Position numbers and translations under genes: made by a program
Shown here: one piece after another, positions 1 through 11,405 of the stretch
Layout of the letters: every line of letters starts with the position of its first letter
Numbering within the stretch: position 1 is the stretch's first letter
The notes under the pieces: generated by a model
What the model was told of the DNA's origin: nothing
Database searches by the model: none
What the model saw: only the letters and a program-made list of their open reading frames with translations
Assembly (NCBI GenBank): GCA_013115145.1
Contig: JAAPAO010000106.1
Span: 1 to 64,000, forward strand
DNA: 64,000 bases
DNA from: Perkinsus chesapeaki ATCC PRA-425
Taxonomy: Eukaryota; Protista; Perkinsozoa
Reading direction: 5' to 3'

Positions 1-347
1 CACAAGTGAACAATCGATCAAATGGGCGAGCGAGATATTGTCTGCGCAGATACACTATTAGTCACAGTATTAATACAATGTACAGGCGACATAGCAATTT
101 TGCTTGCACTCCTCTAATAGAGCAGAGTAGTCACCAGCCTGATCCAAGTTGAGCCCAACTTTCAGCGGAGGCAGCTGGGGGCGCGATCATTGGGCTGATC
201 AGTCCTGGTATGGTCGGTACTTCAAGGGCAAGAGAGGAAGCAACGGGTCGTTAGTGTACATGTTAGTGGGTGTGTTTCAGTCTATCGAGTTGTGTTGTTG
301 TTGTGTTCTAGTAGGGTAGTCTTGCTTAGAAGAGGCTAGTATCACAG

Positions 348-2966
348 ATGCCTTACTCTTCTCTGTCGTCTATAATATCAAGAAGGAGCCCCTATAAGGC
401 TAAACAGGCTTCCTATGCATTAAGTGATAGGATTAGAAAAGCACAGACTATCGATCAATTGGTGAGAATACTACGCACTTTGAAGGTAGGGACCTTTGCG
501 ACTGATTCATTCTGATGAGGTGGCAGGCAAGTGCCATAGAAACTGGAAGTGATATGCATGATTTAATGAGTACTCAGAATAGATTGGATTGGCTGAGCAA
601 AGCGGCTATCTTCGGTGGATGGCGATATGGCTATGATAGAGTACCAGAAGAGATAAAGAGTAAGCACCAATACGAGGGCGCATCAACCTTTCATCAGCTC
701 AGATATTTGAACCACTTCAACCAGATGACTTGTCTTTATCACAATTAAATCAATATCTTACTACCGTCATAAAACTTGATATTATCTCATATGCCCCCCG
801 ACCCTCTTCAATGGCTATTCGTTCTGCACTACATGAAGACCATGTTGACTTATCTGAATTGGCAATACTTATGAAAGCATCTGTTAAAGCTGATATCGAC
901 ACACGACCAGCACTCCAAGTTGCCAATGCCATCTTATCATCAGAGAAGTTGCCATCGGAGCCAGAGTAAGCAGCACCACTACCGAGCATATAGTCATCTG
1001 GTGTTGTAGGTTAATCCGTTCCTTTAGTTCACTCGCCTGGGTGGCAGCCCACATAGGGATGAATGATGGTGATTGTGTAACGCCATCAATGATCCTTTCA
1101 CGCATTGTTGAAATACTTATCCCCATGCTGTCTACTCCTGGAACTATTATCACCTTCACTGATGCATCGGAGCTACTGTGGTCATTTGCTAGATCATCTA
1201 CTTCGGACACACCAGAAGCACTGCATAGACTTGTTGAAGCCATTGAGATGTCACTCCTTTCTAGACCCTTGGATGGTACTGTTCGAGAGTACAGTACCAT
1301 CATGTGGTCCCTAGCAAGGCTTAATACTATCAACGATCTGTTTCGCCTGTGCGAAACTTCCCTTGTGAACTTTGGAGAGCTTCCTCCAGCCACCATTGCG
1401 ACGACTTGCTCCGCTCTTGCCAAGGCTCGGCGATTACCACCTCCTAAACAACTATGGCCACCTAAATCGTTCGATGGCATGACAGTGGAACACCTCGGTA
1501 CAGTTGTTAAAGCATCAGCTACTCTTGGTTGGGATGCTACTATACAGGCAGCAGTTGAGAGTGTTATAGAATCAGCTGATTCGTTCGAGGAGTTTATCGA
1601 TCTTCTTCTCGCTTTGAGTGCGGTACCAGCAGCACAGGATGTCTTCAACGTCTCCCTTGATAAATTGCTTCCATCAACCTTCCATCCACTACCATCTTCC
1701 ACTGGGGTTGCCCTTGTAACTTTACTTAGTCGTTCTACCAAGGAAGTCCACCAGCGAAGGGTTTACGAAGCCTGTGAATTAATTAGACTTGGTAGATTGT
1801 CTTGTAACGATTGTTGTACATTGGTATCTGCAATGGCAAAGTCTGGCCTTTATGATGGCAGAATAGTTGATGGTGTTCGTAAACAGATTGAGAATCGTCT
1901 TCTCCCGCAGCTCCTTCCTTACCATAAAGCCAACCTTATGAAGGCATATGCCATTTTACAGCCATCAGTGGTATGTGACTTTTGGGATGCAATCGGTAGT
2001 TCTCGTGACTTGCGTGACGCAAGAATAGTTGCCGCAGTGTGTTGGGCATTGGGCAACCGTTCCTTGCCTACAGCTGATAAATTAGGAGTCCTCCTCCCAG
2101 CTGCAAGTCAATCATTGGAGCGACTGGATGGTATAGAATTGGCCAATGTCGCTAGAGCCTTCGCTAAGCACAAGGTGAAGGATCATGCCCTAGTGAAGGC
2201 AATGGTAGATTCCTTATTGGCTTGTCCTCCTCGGTTGGATGATCGTGCTCGATGCTCGTTACTTTGGTCATTAAGAAGATTAGGTGGTCTCAGTGAAGGT
2301 GTTATTGGACGTATTATTGATGATATGGGAAGTATTAGAGATCTTGCTCCACAAGACTTAACAGCTATTGCCAATGCAACTGATGGTATGGTGTGCGGCA
2401 ACGATAAGGTTGATGAAATAAAACAAGTAATGGAAGAATTATTGGATCAGTTGGCAACGGCAATCAAGACTGGTGACATCTCGCAAGTCGAAAAATGCGA
2501 GGTTGGTAACGTTGGACCAGCATTTGTTCGTACCTTACTGGACAAGTTAAAGATACCCTACGAAGTTACCACTGGAAGAAAAGTGCCTCATCATCACATA
2601 GGCGTTGTCAATACAAACGTCAAATTAACTGTGTCTGAGCTGACCAACACACTCACAGGTGCCAATTCAACGATGTGTTTCGGGAGTGGCTCCGAGTCTT
2701 GCAGACCCAGAGCATATGAAGATGAGATAGACTCTCCTTCTAAAAGTTTTGGAGGTCATGACAGATCCCACCATGGTGAGCTGAAGGCGCTTCGATATCT
2801 TGTCGCGGTCGTTGGTGGTGAAACCTTTGAACGATTGAGCGGTGAAGTTGTAATTGAGATCGACAGTCAACATCCATGTGTATCATGCATCGCGGCCATC
2901 TGGAGGACCTCTAATATCCTCTGCCCAGATGTTACTATCAAACTCAAGTTTCCGTTAATTGCTTAG
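348..2966 (+). CDS. Helical-repeat (OPR/HPR/FASTK-like) protein with C-terminal zinc-dependent deaminase motif, 831 aa; join(348..485,527..659,698..965,1010..2966)
   Basis: Three GT-AG introns (41, 38, 44 nt) join the short ORFs 515..748 and 730..969 to ORF 1041..2966 in frame (2496 nt, no internal stop). The N-terminus MPYSSLSSIISRRSPYKAK is Ser/Arg-rich. Repeated helix motifs: LLWSFAR, IMWSLAR, LVSAMAK, LMKAYAIL, LANVARAFAK, LLWSLRRL. C-terminal HGE (2772..2780) and PCVSC (2874..2888). Confidence 0.8.
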
Positions 2967-3720
2967 TTTCCGTTATTGTGCGGTTCTTGCGTTTTATCAA
3001 GTTAAGCTTGCAAGTTATCGGATTGCATTATGAAACTGTATTATCGCGTGGTATTAGGAGACAATATGACATGTCCCTGCAGAATTATTGTGCCAGGATG
3101 AGATATATAACAGTTGATTTAATATACCTTACCAGTCAACAGCTACCTGAATGAGTGCCGTGCAGCAATATTGCTGGAGGCACAGTCGCTGGATGTTGAT
3201 ATGTGACCAAGTTGCCACATCCCAATTCTACTAAATAATGTAGTTTACCCCATGCACAAGAATTTGAGTAAACGAGCGTTGTTCTTTTGAACCCAGCGTC
3301 GTTTGCCTACAAACCCTCGGTATTGTTAACTAAAGTATCGTTTATACTAAACATACGACATTGATCGTGATCCATATTACCAGCATAATAGTCGCCAAGT
3401 GATAATTCTTCCACAGATTTAATTACCAATACCAGATTCAATTATAGGTGTTGAGAAATATAAGAACAGCTCTTTCGACGCTCAATTGTTCAAAAATCCG
3501 TTTTCACTAAAAACTCAACAAAAGAAGGATAAATAATTACTGTGGACGCGTTGTCATCGTTCAATAGTAGTTTTAATGCAACAATAGCACTTTTCATCCT
3601 AATCCAGCATAAAAGTAGGTAGTAGCAGCAATACTTCGTAACAGTCATAGTACAATGAAGAGACGTCACCAGTCTATCTCTGGTGACATGACGCTCCATT
3701 GATCAGATTGACACATGCAT

Positions 3721-4939
3721 TTAGAAGCATTTACGATGAACAATAGTCGGTCCAGACTCATCATACTCCTGCTTGGAAATCCACATCTGTTGGAATGTAG
3801 ACAAAGAGGACAAGATAGAGCCTCCAATCCAGACCGAATACTTACGTTCTGGTGGAGCTACAACCTTAATCTTCATAGTAGAAGGTGCCAAAGCAGTGAG
3901 CTCTTTAGTCATCCTTTCACCGATACCATTGAACATAGTAGTGCCTCCAGATAGTACAACATTGGCATATAGATCCTTTCTGATATCAACATCACATTTC
4001 ATGATAGATTGGAATGTGGTATCATGAATGCCACTTGCTTCCTTTCCAATGAAGTTAGGTTGGAATAGCACTTCCGGGCAACGGAAGCGTTCATTACCAA
4101 CAGTGATAATATTGCCATCGGGCAACTCGTACGTTTTTTCCTTCTCACTGCTCTCAGCAGCAGCCTTCATCTCAGTGTCGAAGTCGAGGGCGACATAGGA
4201 CAGTTTCTCCTTAATATCACGCACAATCTCGCGCTCAGCGGTTGTGGTGAATGTGTAGCCACGCTCGGTCAAAATCTTCATCATGAATTCAGTTAGATCA
4301 CGACCAGCAAGATCCAACCTCTGAATAGCATGAGGAAGAGCATAACCCTCATAGATAGGGACAGTGTGACTAACACCATCACCAGAATCCATAACAATAC
4401 CAGTAGTTCTTCCCGAGGCGTACAAAGAGAGGACAGCCTGAATCTGGACATACATGGCAGGAACATTGAAAGTCTCGAACATGAGCTGAGTCATACGCTC
4501 ACGGTTAGCCTTGGGATTCAGAGGGGCCTCGGTCAACAGAACCTGAAAAGGAAACACTTGCAGAATATTAAGATATCGCAGACAACTCACCGGATGTTCC
4601 TCGGGAGAAACACGAAGTTCATTGTAAAAGGTATGATGCCAAATCTTCTCCATATCATCCCAGTTGGTAACAATACCATGCTCGATCGGGTATTTCAATG
4701 TGAGGATACCACGCTTAGACTGAGCCTCATCACCAACATAAGAATCCTTCTGGTCCATTCCAACCATAATGCCAGGCCTGAAAAAACAAGTGACATCAAC
4801 GAGATGGAGTATCTTACATCTTAGGTCGACCAACGATTGAAGGGAAGACGCTACGAGGAGCATCATCACCAGCAAAGCCGGCCTTGCACATACCACTGCC
4901 GTTATCGATGACCAAAGCGGTAATTTCCTCGTCAGCCAT
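3721..4939 (-). CDS. ACT: Actin, 376 aa; complement(join(3721..4542,4591..4777,4818..4939))
   Basis: Canonical actin sequence ([28 protein letters not shown]...TIVHRKCF). Removing a 40-nt and a 48-nt GT-AG intron gives exactly 1131 nt. Confidence 0.99.
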
Positions 4940-6820
4940 GGTGGTTAATTCGGTTAGTGAGAGGACAGGGGAAGCTGAAATAGACGAGATAATTACTTAG
5001 ATACAGACAGATATCATATCAATAAGCGCTCTATTAACGGCATCATCACTATTTAATAAGACAAAGCATCTACCGAAGATGATGAGCTTGATGAGCGGGG
5101 ATCTTAAATGTGTACGTTGAAACGGCGGTAAAGCAATGCAAGTGCGCAAGATTCGCTGTTGAATGTGGCGCTCGCCCGCTTGCCCAAAAGACGTAAATGA
5201 TCGGGTTATGCAGGGTTGATGCAGCATCGGTAATCTATTCGTCAAGAACTTGATGTCCTGTACGATAAAGCGCTCGCCGATTTACTGCAGGAATAACAAG
5301 AAGCTATTATTTCCCCTTTTAACAAGAGAAGTACATGATTCATGAAGTAACTATCGGTATCGTACGCGTATTTTAACGGCCGCTCACTGTAATTGCTATC
5401 AATACAGCTCCATGTCTATAAATGGCAACCACTTGCACCGTATTTAATAACATAACTACTCTGTACTTAATAACTATACATGTCCCACTTGTAGGACATC
5501 TTATCCCCACTGATCTTCTAACTTGGTGATGGGGGTACTATGAAGTATCCCCAAACCACTTAAAGGCATCTATGCTCTAGTTATAATCCTACTAACCGAT
5601 TCCGGATGAAATGTTCATCACACTTTAAACTTCGAACCTACTTCGTAAGTCGCAGTGCTCGTGTGATGAGATGTTACTGGCACCCGAGCCATTTGTTACC
5701 TAACTTGTGCTCGATGGGGATATGATTGAAAATGATGACTGGTATACGATATCACCACGGCAATATAACGATTAAGTAAAAAATGGATCGGTTTTGCTAT
5801 AGCGTGAAACAATAAGAATTTTCAATAATACAATTCATGCAACTTCATATCGTTAAATAACGTAATGATAGCGCTGCATTCTAGAATATATGATAATGCT
5901 TCTTTGGTAGGGAGTGCACTGCAGCTTGAAATATTTAATCTAGGGATCGAGAGCCAGCAATAAAGTTCCACTAATAGTGTTGTGCTAGCATGACCAATAA
6001 GCATAGCAGATCTACATTCTGCGTCATTGATATACTCTTCTTTGTGGAGAACTCAACATTTATGCTTCTCCTAACCAACATATATATCATATTCCACTAC
6101 GGGCATCCCCAATTGCCAGAATGTTTATGCTCAAGGCACAACAACTCTATCATGAGGTGCGAAAGAGTGTAGCCCATTACTGGCACATATCAAGTTCAGT
6201 GCCATCACAGAAGGCCGCCGGCTTGAGGGCAACAACTCCCTTCGCCGAGTTAAATTCCCCCCATAAAATCTGCCGCCAACAAGTTGAATAATTGTTATCA
6301 TTCCCACACTGAGCAAAGTGGGCATCAGTTGTGAATGAAAGATGTCAGGTTAGAACAATTCTCCATCTCTGGCGTGTCACAAAGAAAAGTACGAGACGTG
6401 ATTAAACGAAAAATCTGTCGATTACACGGTTAACCCTTGGCATGGCAAGATACCATTTGCGTAATCAAGTGAGAGCCCTGCCTATCATATATCATTCGAA
6501 CAACTCCAGTCGAATCTTTACCGAAGGAGCAGAATTATACTCTATACCTTTTCAACGTCTATTTGGAGTAAAGTTCCATCGATTTGGACTGGTGAACGAA
6601 ATCGATGACAGTACATCACATGCTCTAGGCACATCTACTCTGTTATTTGAGGAGATGCTTCCGCATGCTTAATCATCGTTATTACTACTAAAAGTAGATT
6701 TAATCCGGTATATTATTGTGCTCCTATAATGAGTAGCTCAACAATTAATTATACGGCAACATTAACATTCATACATCTGGTACTATCAACAATGCCTCAC
6801 GTGAACATACAACATCATTA

Positions 6821-7652
6821 TTAAGAAGTGTCATTTATAGACTCTTCGTATATCTGACAGATTTTTTGAATGATATCATCACAGAAGGACATGGGCATGG
6901 GAGAAACGATGGCGTTTTCCTCCATAAACTTTGTCGCCAATGAATAGAATAACTGCGGGCATCTCAGTCCAAAGGCGTTGTTGTGGAAGTCCCTCAAACG
7001 GTCTTCAATTCTGAAATCATGCTCACCCGGGCGCGAAATGATTACAAAATCGGCCTCATCTTTGGAACTGAGGAGAATGAAATTGTCAAAGCTACTGGGT
7101 AAAAACAAATGGTAAAACAACTTACACAGTGTAATCTCGACATGATAAATCAGCAGTCCTAAACACGATTGGATTCCCTTTGTCTATGTATTTGTATTCA
7201 TTGTAAAGAATCCCAGCTCCTCCCGAACTAGGGAGATAGCAGGATGTCTTCGATACCTTCGTAGGGAGGCCAAAGTCCGAATCATTATACGACTCCTCGA
7301 ATGTTGTGCATTGCCGCTCCTAATACAAGTTGCTGCAACGCACTCAACCGCTTCGACTTGCTACTTTAGTTAGCCTCAGCTTTGATGGTGGTGAAGAGAG
7401 GGATTCTCGAGCCGATGGTCTCTTCCCCAACAAAGATACCCGATTAACAATTGGTGATTGGCTTGCTGTCGGTCTTGTTCTTCTATCGTGACTGGATATA
7501 CCCGATGGCTTGAGAACCTCACGCTCCTTCACAGCTGCTATATCATCAGCATCTACTTCCATTTCATTATCTCTATCAGCAGTAGCTTTAATACAGTCTG
7601 GGAGATATATGGTGAGATATATGATATATGGGATAATGAAAGACGGTGACAT
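6821..7652 (-). CDS. Secreted-protein family member 1 (intact, 251 aa); complement(join(6821..7094,7126..7319,7365..7652))
   Basis: Signal-peptide-like N-terminus (MSPSFIIPYIIYLTIYLPDCIKA). Phase-0 and phase-2 GT-AG introns give a 756-nt frame. Shares CYLP, IEDxLxDFH and CDxIIxKICxIY motifs with four paralogs in the window. Confidence 0.7.
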
Positions 7653-8060
7653 TATGATGGATGAAAGGTCTTACAACTGTTATCGATCCTCGACCACACG
7701 CCATCAACTGATCCTAGGCATCAGCCCTTCGCGACTCTCCGGTAGCTCCAAGCCTGCCGGCTATCATCAGCAACTGCAATATCTCTCTTCGTTGCCAGTA
7801 CGATCGATTAACAAAGTATAAAGTAAACATTAAGAATAACAACGACATTAAGAATTGTTGTGAAAACATTGAACGCGGATTGATCATAAGGATCTACCTA
7901 AGACCGTTGTAAGGACAAAAAAGGTTTTGTTTAAACCGCGACAAATGGTCTGACAAATACGATCAGCCGTTACAAGCTATCATTGTAGAACTAAAAAAAG
8001 TGTTTTTCGGAACAACATAACTTCATCATTGACATCTGTACAGCCAGATTGAGAGCATCA

Positions 8061-9000
8061 TCAATCCACGTCGTCACCGAGAAGACCATCGTCTTGCTCT
8101 TCATAAGCACCATACGAGCCACTACTCGTATCAAAGGCGTATCTTCTGCTAGCGTTGTCATAGATGTGACATATCTTGGTGATTATCTCGTCGCACAAAC
8201 CTATTGGCGCAGAAACAATGGAACCCGTCACCTGAGTGAATCGTCCGATGAGATGTTGGAACTTCTCTTGGCATGTCATAGAGAAGGCTGCAACGTGGAA
8301 GTCTTTTAAGGGATCATCCGTTTCGATGTAACCGTCCGTAGCAGCATTGAAAGCGGTGAGACTCTGCCCGCTACTGAAAAGAAGGAATAAGTTTCATCGA
8401 TTATACGCGGTTACGCACTACTGCTATGCATATCAACGATACTTACGCAATATAATTATAATCCCCACATGCAACGACAACTGCCAATCATCATAGTTGT
8501 CGTTAACATGGTAAACGAGGTGCATATTAAGCGAGTTAGGGAGATAGCAGCGGGTGGGACGGATTATTGATCCATGCCGGGTTATTTGAGAGGTTGCTTC
8601 TACAGCTCTGCATTCGTTGTTCTAAAAGGAGTTGAGAGTGAAGCTACTGTTTTGTTGTGCTCGTATGTCTCACCTCTGTACTTGATCTCATGGCCTTCAA
8701 CTCCGTGAAAAGTCCGGGCAACTTTGACTGTAGTGAAGAAGGTGATGATAGAGTTGATGGTCTTTTCCCCAATAGTGACATTCGTTCATTGGCTGCTCGT
8801 GAATAATGTCCCATTGTTGTTACCATACGGTCGGCGCCGCGTTTGCCCCATGGTTTAAGAATTCTACGCCCCTTCACAGGACTGGGCGTAATATCCTCAT
8901 CTACTTCCATTTCATTGTCACTATTAACAGTAACTTTAATACAGTATGGGAGGCGTAAGGTTAGATATATGATATATGGGATAATGGCAGACGGTGACAT
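8061..9000 (-). pseudogene. Secreted-protein family member 2, apparent 1-nt frameshift in exon 2
   Basis: Exons 9000..8674, 8621..8447, 8374..8061 are homologous to member 1. Exon 2 is 175 nt (phase 1 instead of the family phase 2); the shifted frame near its end reads AVVVACGDYNYIA, matching member 3 TVAVACGGDSYYA. Confidence 0.55.
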
Positions 9001-10053
9001 TATCGACAGAAATAACAAAAGAAGATCGTATAATTTGCCTTTATGGAAGCAGCCACATTGGCTATTCAATTAAATGATTAACGGATGAATGAAGATTTGG
9101 ACTGATAATACCAGTCTAATCGCCTGAGGAAGATGCGTGGAAAGTTTTAGTCGCAACTTTTCGAGCATTCCTTGGTATCGTCCAAGTTATCAAGATTCAT
9201 GCTCCTACGGAAGTTGGTCACGCACGAAATGGCCGCATTTCATCGCACTGAGCCATAATGGCTCAGCCATTTGGAAGGTCTGCGTCTCTCGGTCTACATG
9301 GATTCTCTATAGACTGACAGATCTATGACTCTCTATTAGAGAAGCACATTTAACTTGTACGCTTGCCTCTAAGGACATTTTTCAGGGTGAAGATTAGCGG
9401 TAGTCAACAGGATGAGTCTGAGTTCTGCTACCAGCTCACGATTGGTTTCATTATCCTTCGAGACGTATAAGAATGAGATGAGGGTAGGTGATCAAAAGAC
9501 AAATCATTATTCCTAAAATATTGGATTTGAGATCATCATTACGATTTGCATGGGACCATCATAATACAACCGGCTGTGACGTAAGACAAGACCTTCATGG
9601 CGCATGAAGCCCGTGGCATTGTGCAATGCAATGACCAAATCACTATCAATGCTAAAGATATCGGATATGATGGAATAATGGAGCCTTATAAGATATTGCA
9701 GGAGGTATGGAGCTAAAGAGTGATGATACTTGGAAAAGATGTTCTTACTTTTCAAAACTAACACGAGAGTGTCATGGTTATCTCTGCGCTTGCAACACCT
9801 AAAGTGTTGGTTCCGAATGGAACCCTTTGAGGTATAGTAATCAAGTCCCAAAGGTTAGCTTTGCAACCTCATTGGGAGCGACAGCGACTGATAACGAATG
9901 TTACAGTCTCTTTCTAGTATAATATATGTATCGTACTGATAATCTCATGATAACAATATACAACTCAACATTTATAATTCGGATAACAACACTCTTATCA
10001 TGCTCACCGTTAACATCCACGTCATAAATCATCTTTCATTAAGGATGCAAACA

Positions 10054-10863
10054 TCATTCATACAAATCTTCCTCGTACATATTGCACATTTTCCGGACTA
10101 TTTCATCACATTGGCTCATTGGCGCAAGTCCTTCGTCTGTGTGAACGTTCTGACCAAATACTGGAATTTCTCCTGGCAAGTCATCGGGAAGACTATGGCA
10201 TTAAAATGCCCCAAAGGGTCAGCTGTGACAACAGACGGGTAGTTGGTGAAGGATACGGTTGATCCGTCACTGCGAACTTGACAATCTATGCCTGTCAGTG
10301 GCAAGGATACCAACACTTACGCATAATAAGAATCTCCCCCACATGCAACGGCAACTGTTGGCTTCTCATTCTGACTACTGTAGTAAGTAATGAACTTACT
10401 ATTGTCAGAACTAGGGAGATCGCAGTATGTTGTATCTCCGTGTTTTACTTCAGTCATTCGGCATATATTTTTCTAACACAAATTTCGAGTTCTACTTTTC
10501 TGACTCCTTCGAAAATGTAATACCGCTCCTTACCTCTGCATTTGACCTCATATCACGTAAATCCGAGAACATCCTAGGAAACTTCGTCTCAGTAATCGAC
10601 GAAGTCGGCGATGATCTCTTCCCCAAGATTGACTTTCCTTTTCCAGCTGATGGATGACGTACACCCTTTTTGGCATGTATTTGCGAGCACTTACCTAATG
10701 GTTTGACAATCCTAGGTCTCCTCGCAAGACTATGCGAAATATCATCATCTACTTCCATTGCCTCATCACTCCTAACTGGTCCAGCAGCTTTAACACAGTA
10801 AGAAAGTAGTATGGTTAGATATATAATATATTTCATATAGAGAATAAGAATGGGGGGTTACAT
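10054..10863 (-). pseudogene. Secreted-protein family member 3, nonsense codon at homologous codon 2 and frameshift in exon 3
   Basis: The homologous start reads ATG TAA (TCA in paralogs). Exons about 10836..10534, 10472..10321 and from 10269. Exon 3 reads MTCQEKFQYLVRTFTQTKD, then the family motif APMSQCDEIVRKMCNMYEE continues in another frame near 10125. Confidence 0.6.
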
Positions 10864-11173
10864 CCAATGAAACTAAAGCCAATGGAGGGTAACCTATCAC
10901 CTTCCACCATCAGCGGAGGGATACCACCGTTGCGTGAGTGAGTTTATCGGTCAACGCCGAGAACACCTCAGACGAGTGCGGCCTTTATGGAGCCAATCGT
11001 ATTCAAAGGGGATGTATATAGTTTAGGCAATGCTGGGTAAAACCACTCATGAGTTGGGTCATGTAGCGCCAGGCATCCGGCATTTCACTCAAACATTAAA
11101 GGCATCCTCATTTAACACAAGAGACCACGAAGATAATAGAGTTTCGTTTGTTGCAAACCGTCTACGTGTCGAA

Positions 11174-11246
11174 AGCCTTCTGCCGGAGTCGAACCGACGA
11201 CCTCCCGCTTACTAAGCGGGTGCTCTACCAACTAAGCTAAGAAGGC
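11174..11246 (-). tRNA. tRNA-Thr(AGT)
   Basis: Full cloverleaf on the minus strand: acceptor GCCTTCT/AGAAGGC, anticodon stem CCCGC/GCGGG with loop TTAGTAA, T-loop TTCGACT; 73 nt. Confidence 0.95.
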
Positions 11247-11405
11247 TGGAAAAGCCTTTTTGGAAAAGTAGTTCGTCAAATTTACCCGAATAGACAATCT
11301 TGCAGGCTTGTCTTCTCTTGAGCTTTCCTCAATATTATGTCACATGGGATTCGGTCCTCTTCCTACTGTCCATTCTATTAGGGTTGTTGTTACATTCACA
11401 CAGCC

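Noticed and set aside
884-1741. 285-aa antisense ORF (and similar antisense ORFs over actin, UTP21, SPX-RING and patatin)
   Set aside because: These are shadows of well-supported sense-strand genes with no recognisable motifs.
4543-4590. Apparent 16-aa insertion ([16 protein letters not shown]) in actin in the ORF track
   Set aside because: It is an in-frame 48-nt GTGAG...TTTCAG intron; removal gives standard 376-aa actin.
9248-9266. Palindrome CTGAGCCAT-A-ATGGCTCAG resembling a relict spliced leader (AGCCATyyTGGCTCAAG)
   Set aside because: Only about 13 of 15 nt match the Perkinsus leader as I recall it, the flanks do not match, and such a match is plausible by chance in 128 kb of both strands.
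9480-9860. Possible retroelement integrase remnant (RQIIIPK...AWDHH on +) or ORF 9513..9851 on -
   Set aside because: Similarity is too weak; no RT, RNase H or DDE motifs, LTRs or TSDs were seen.
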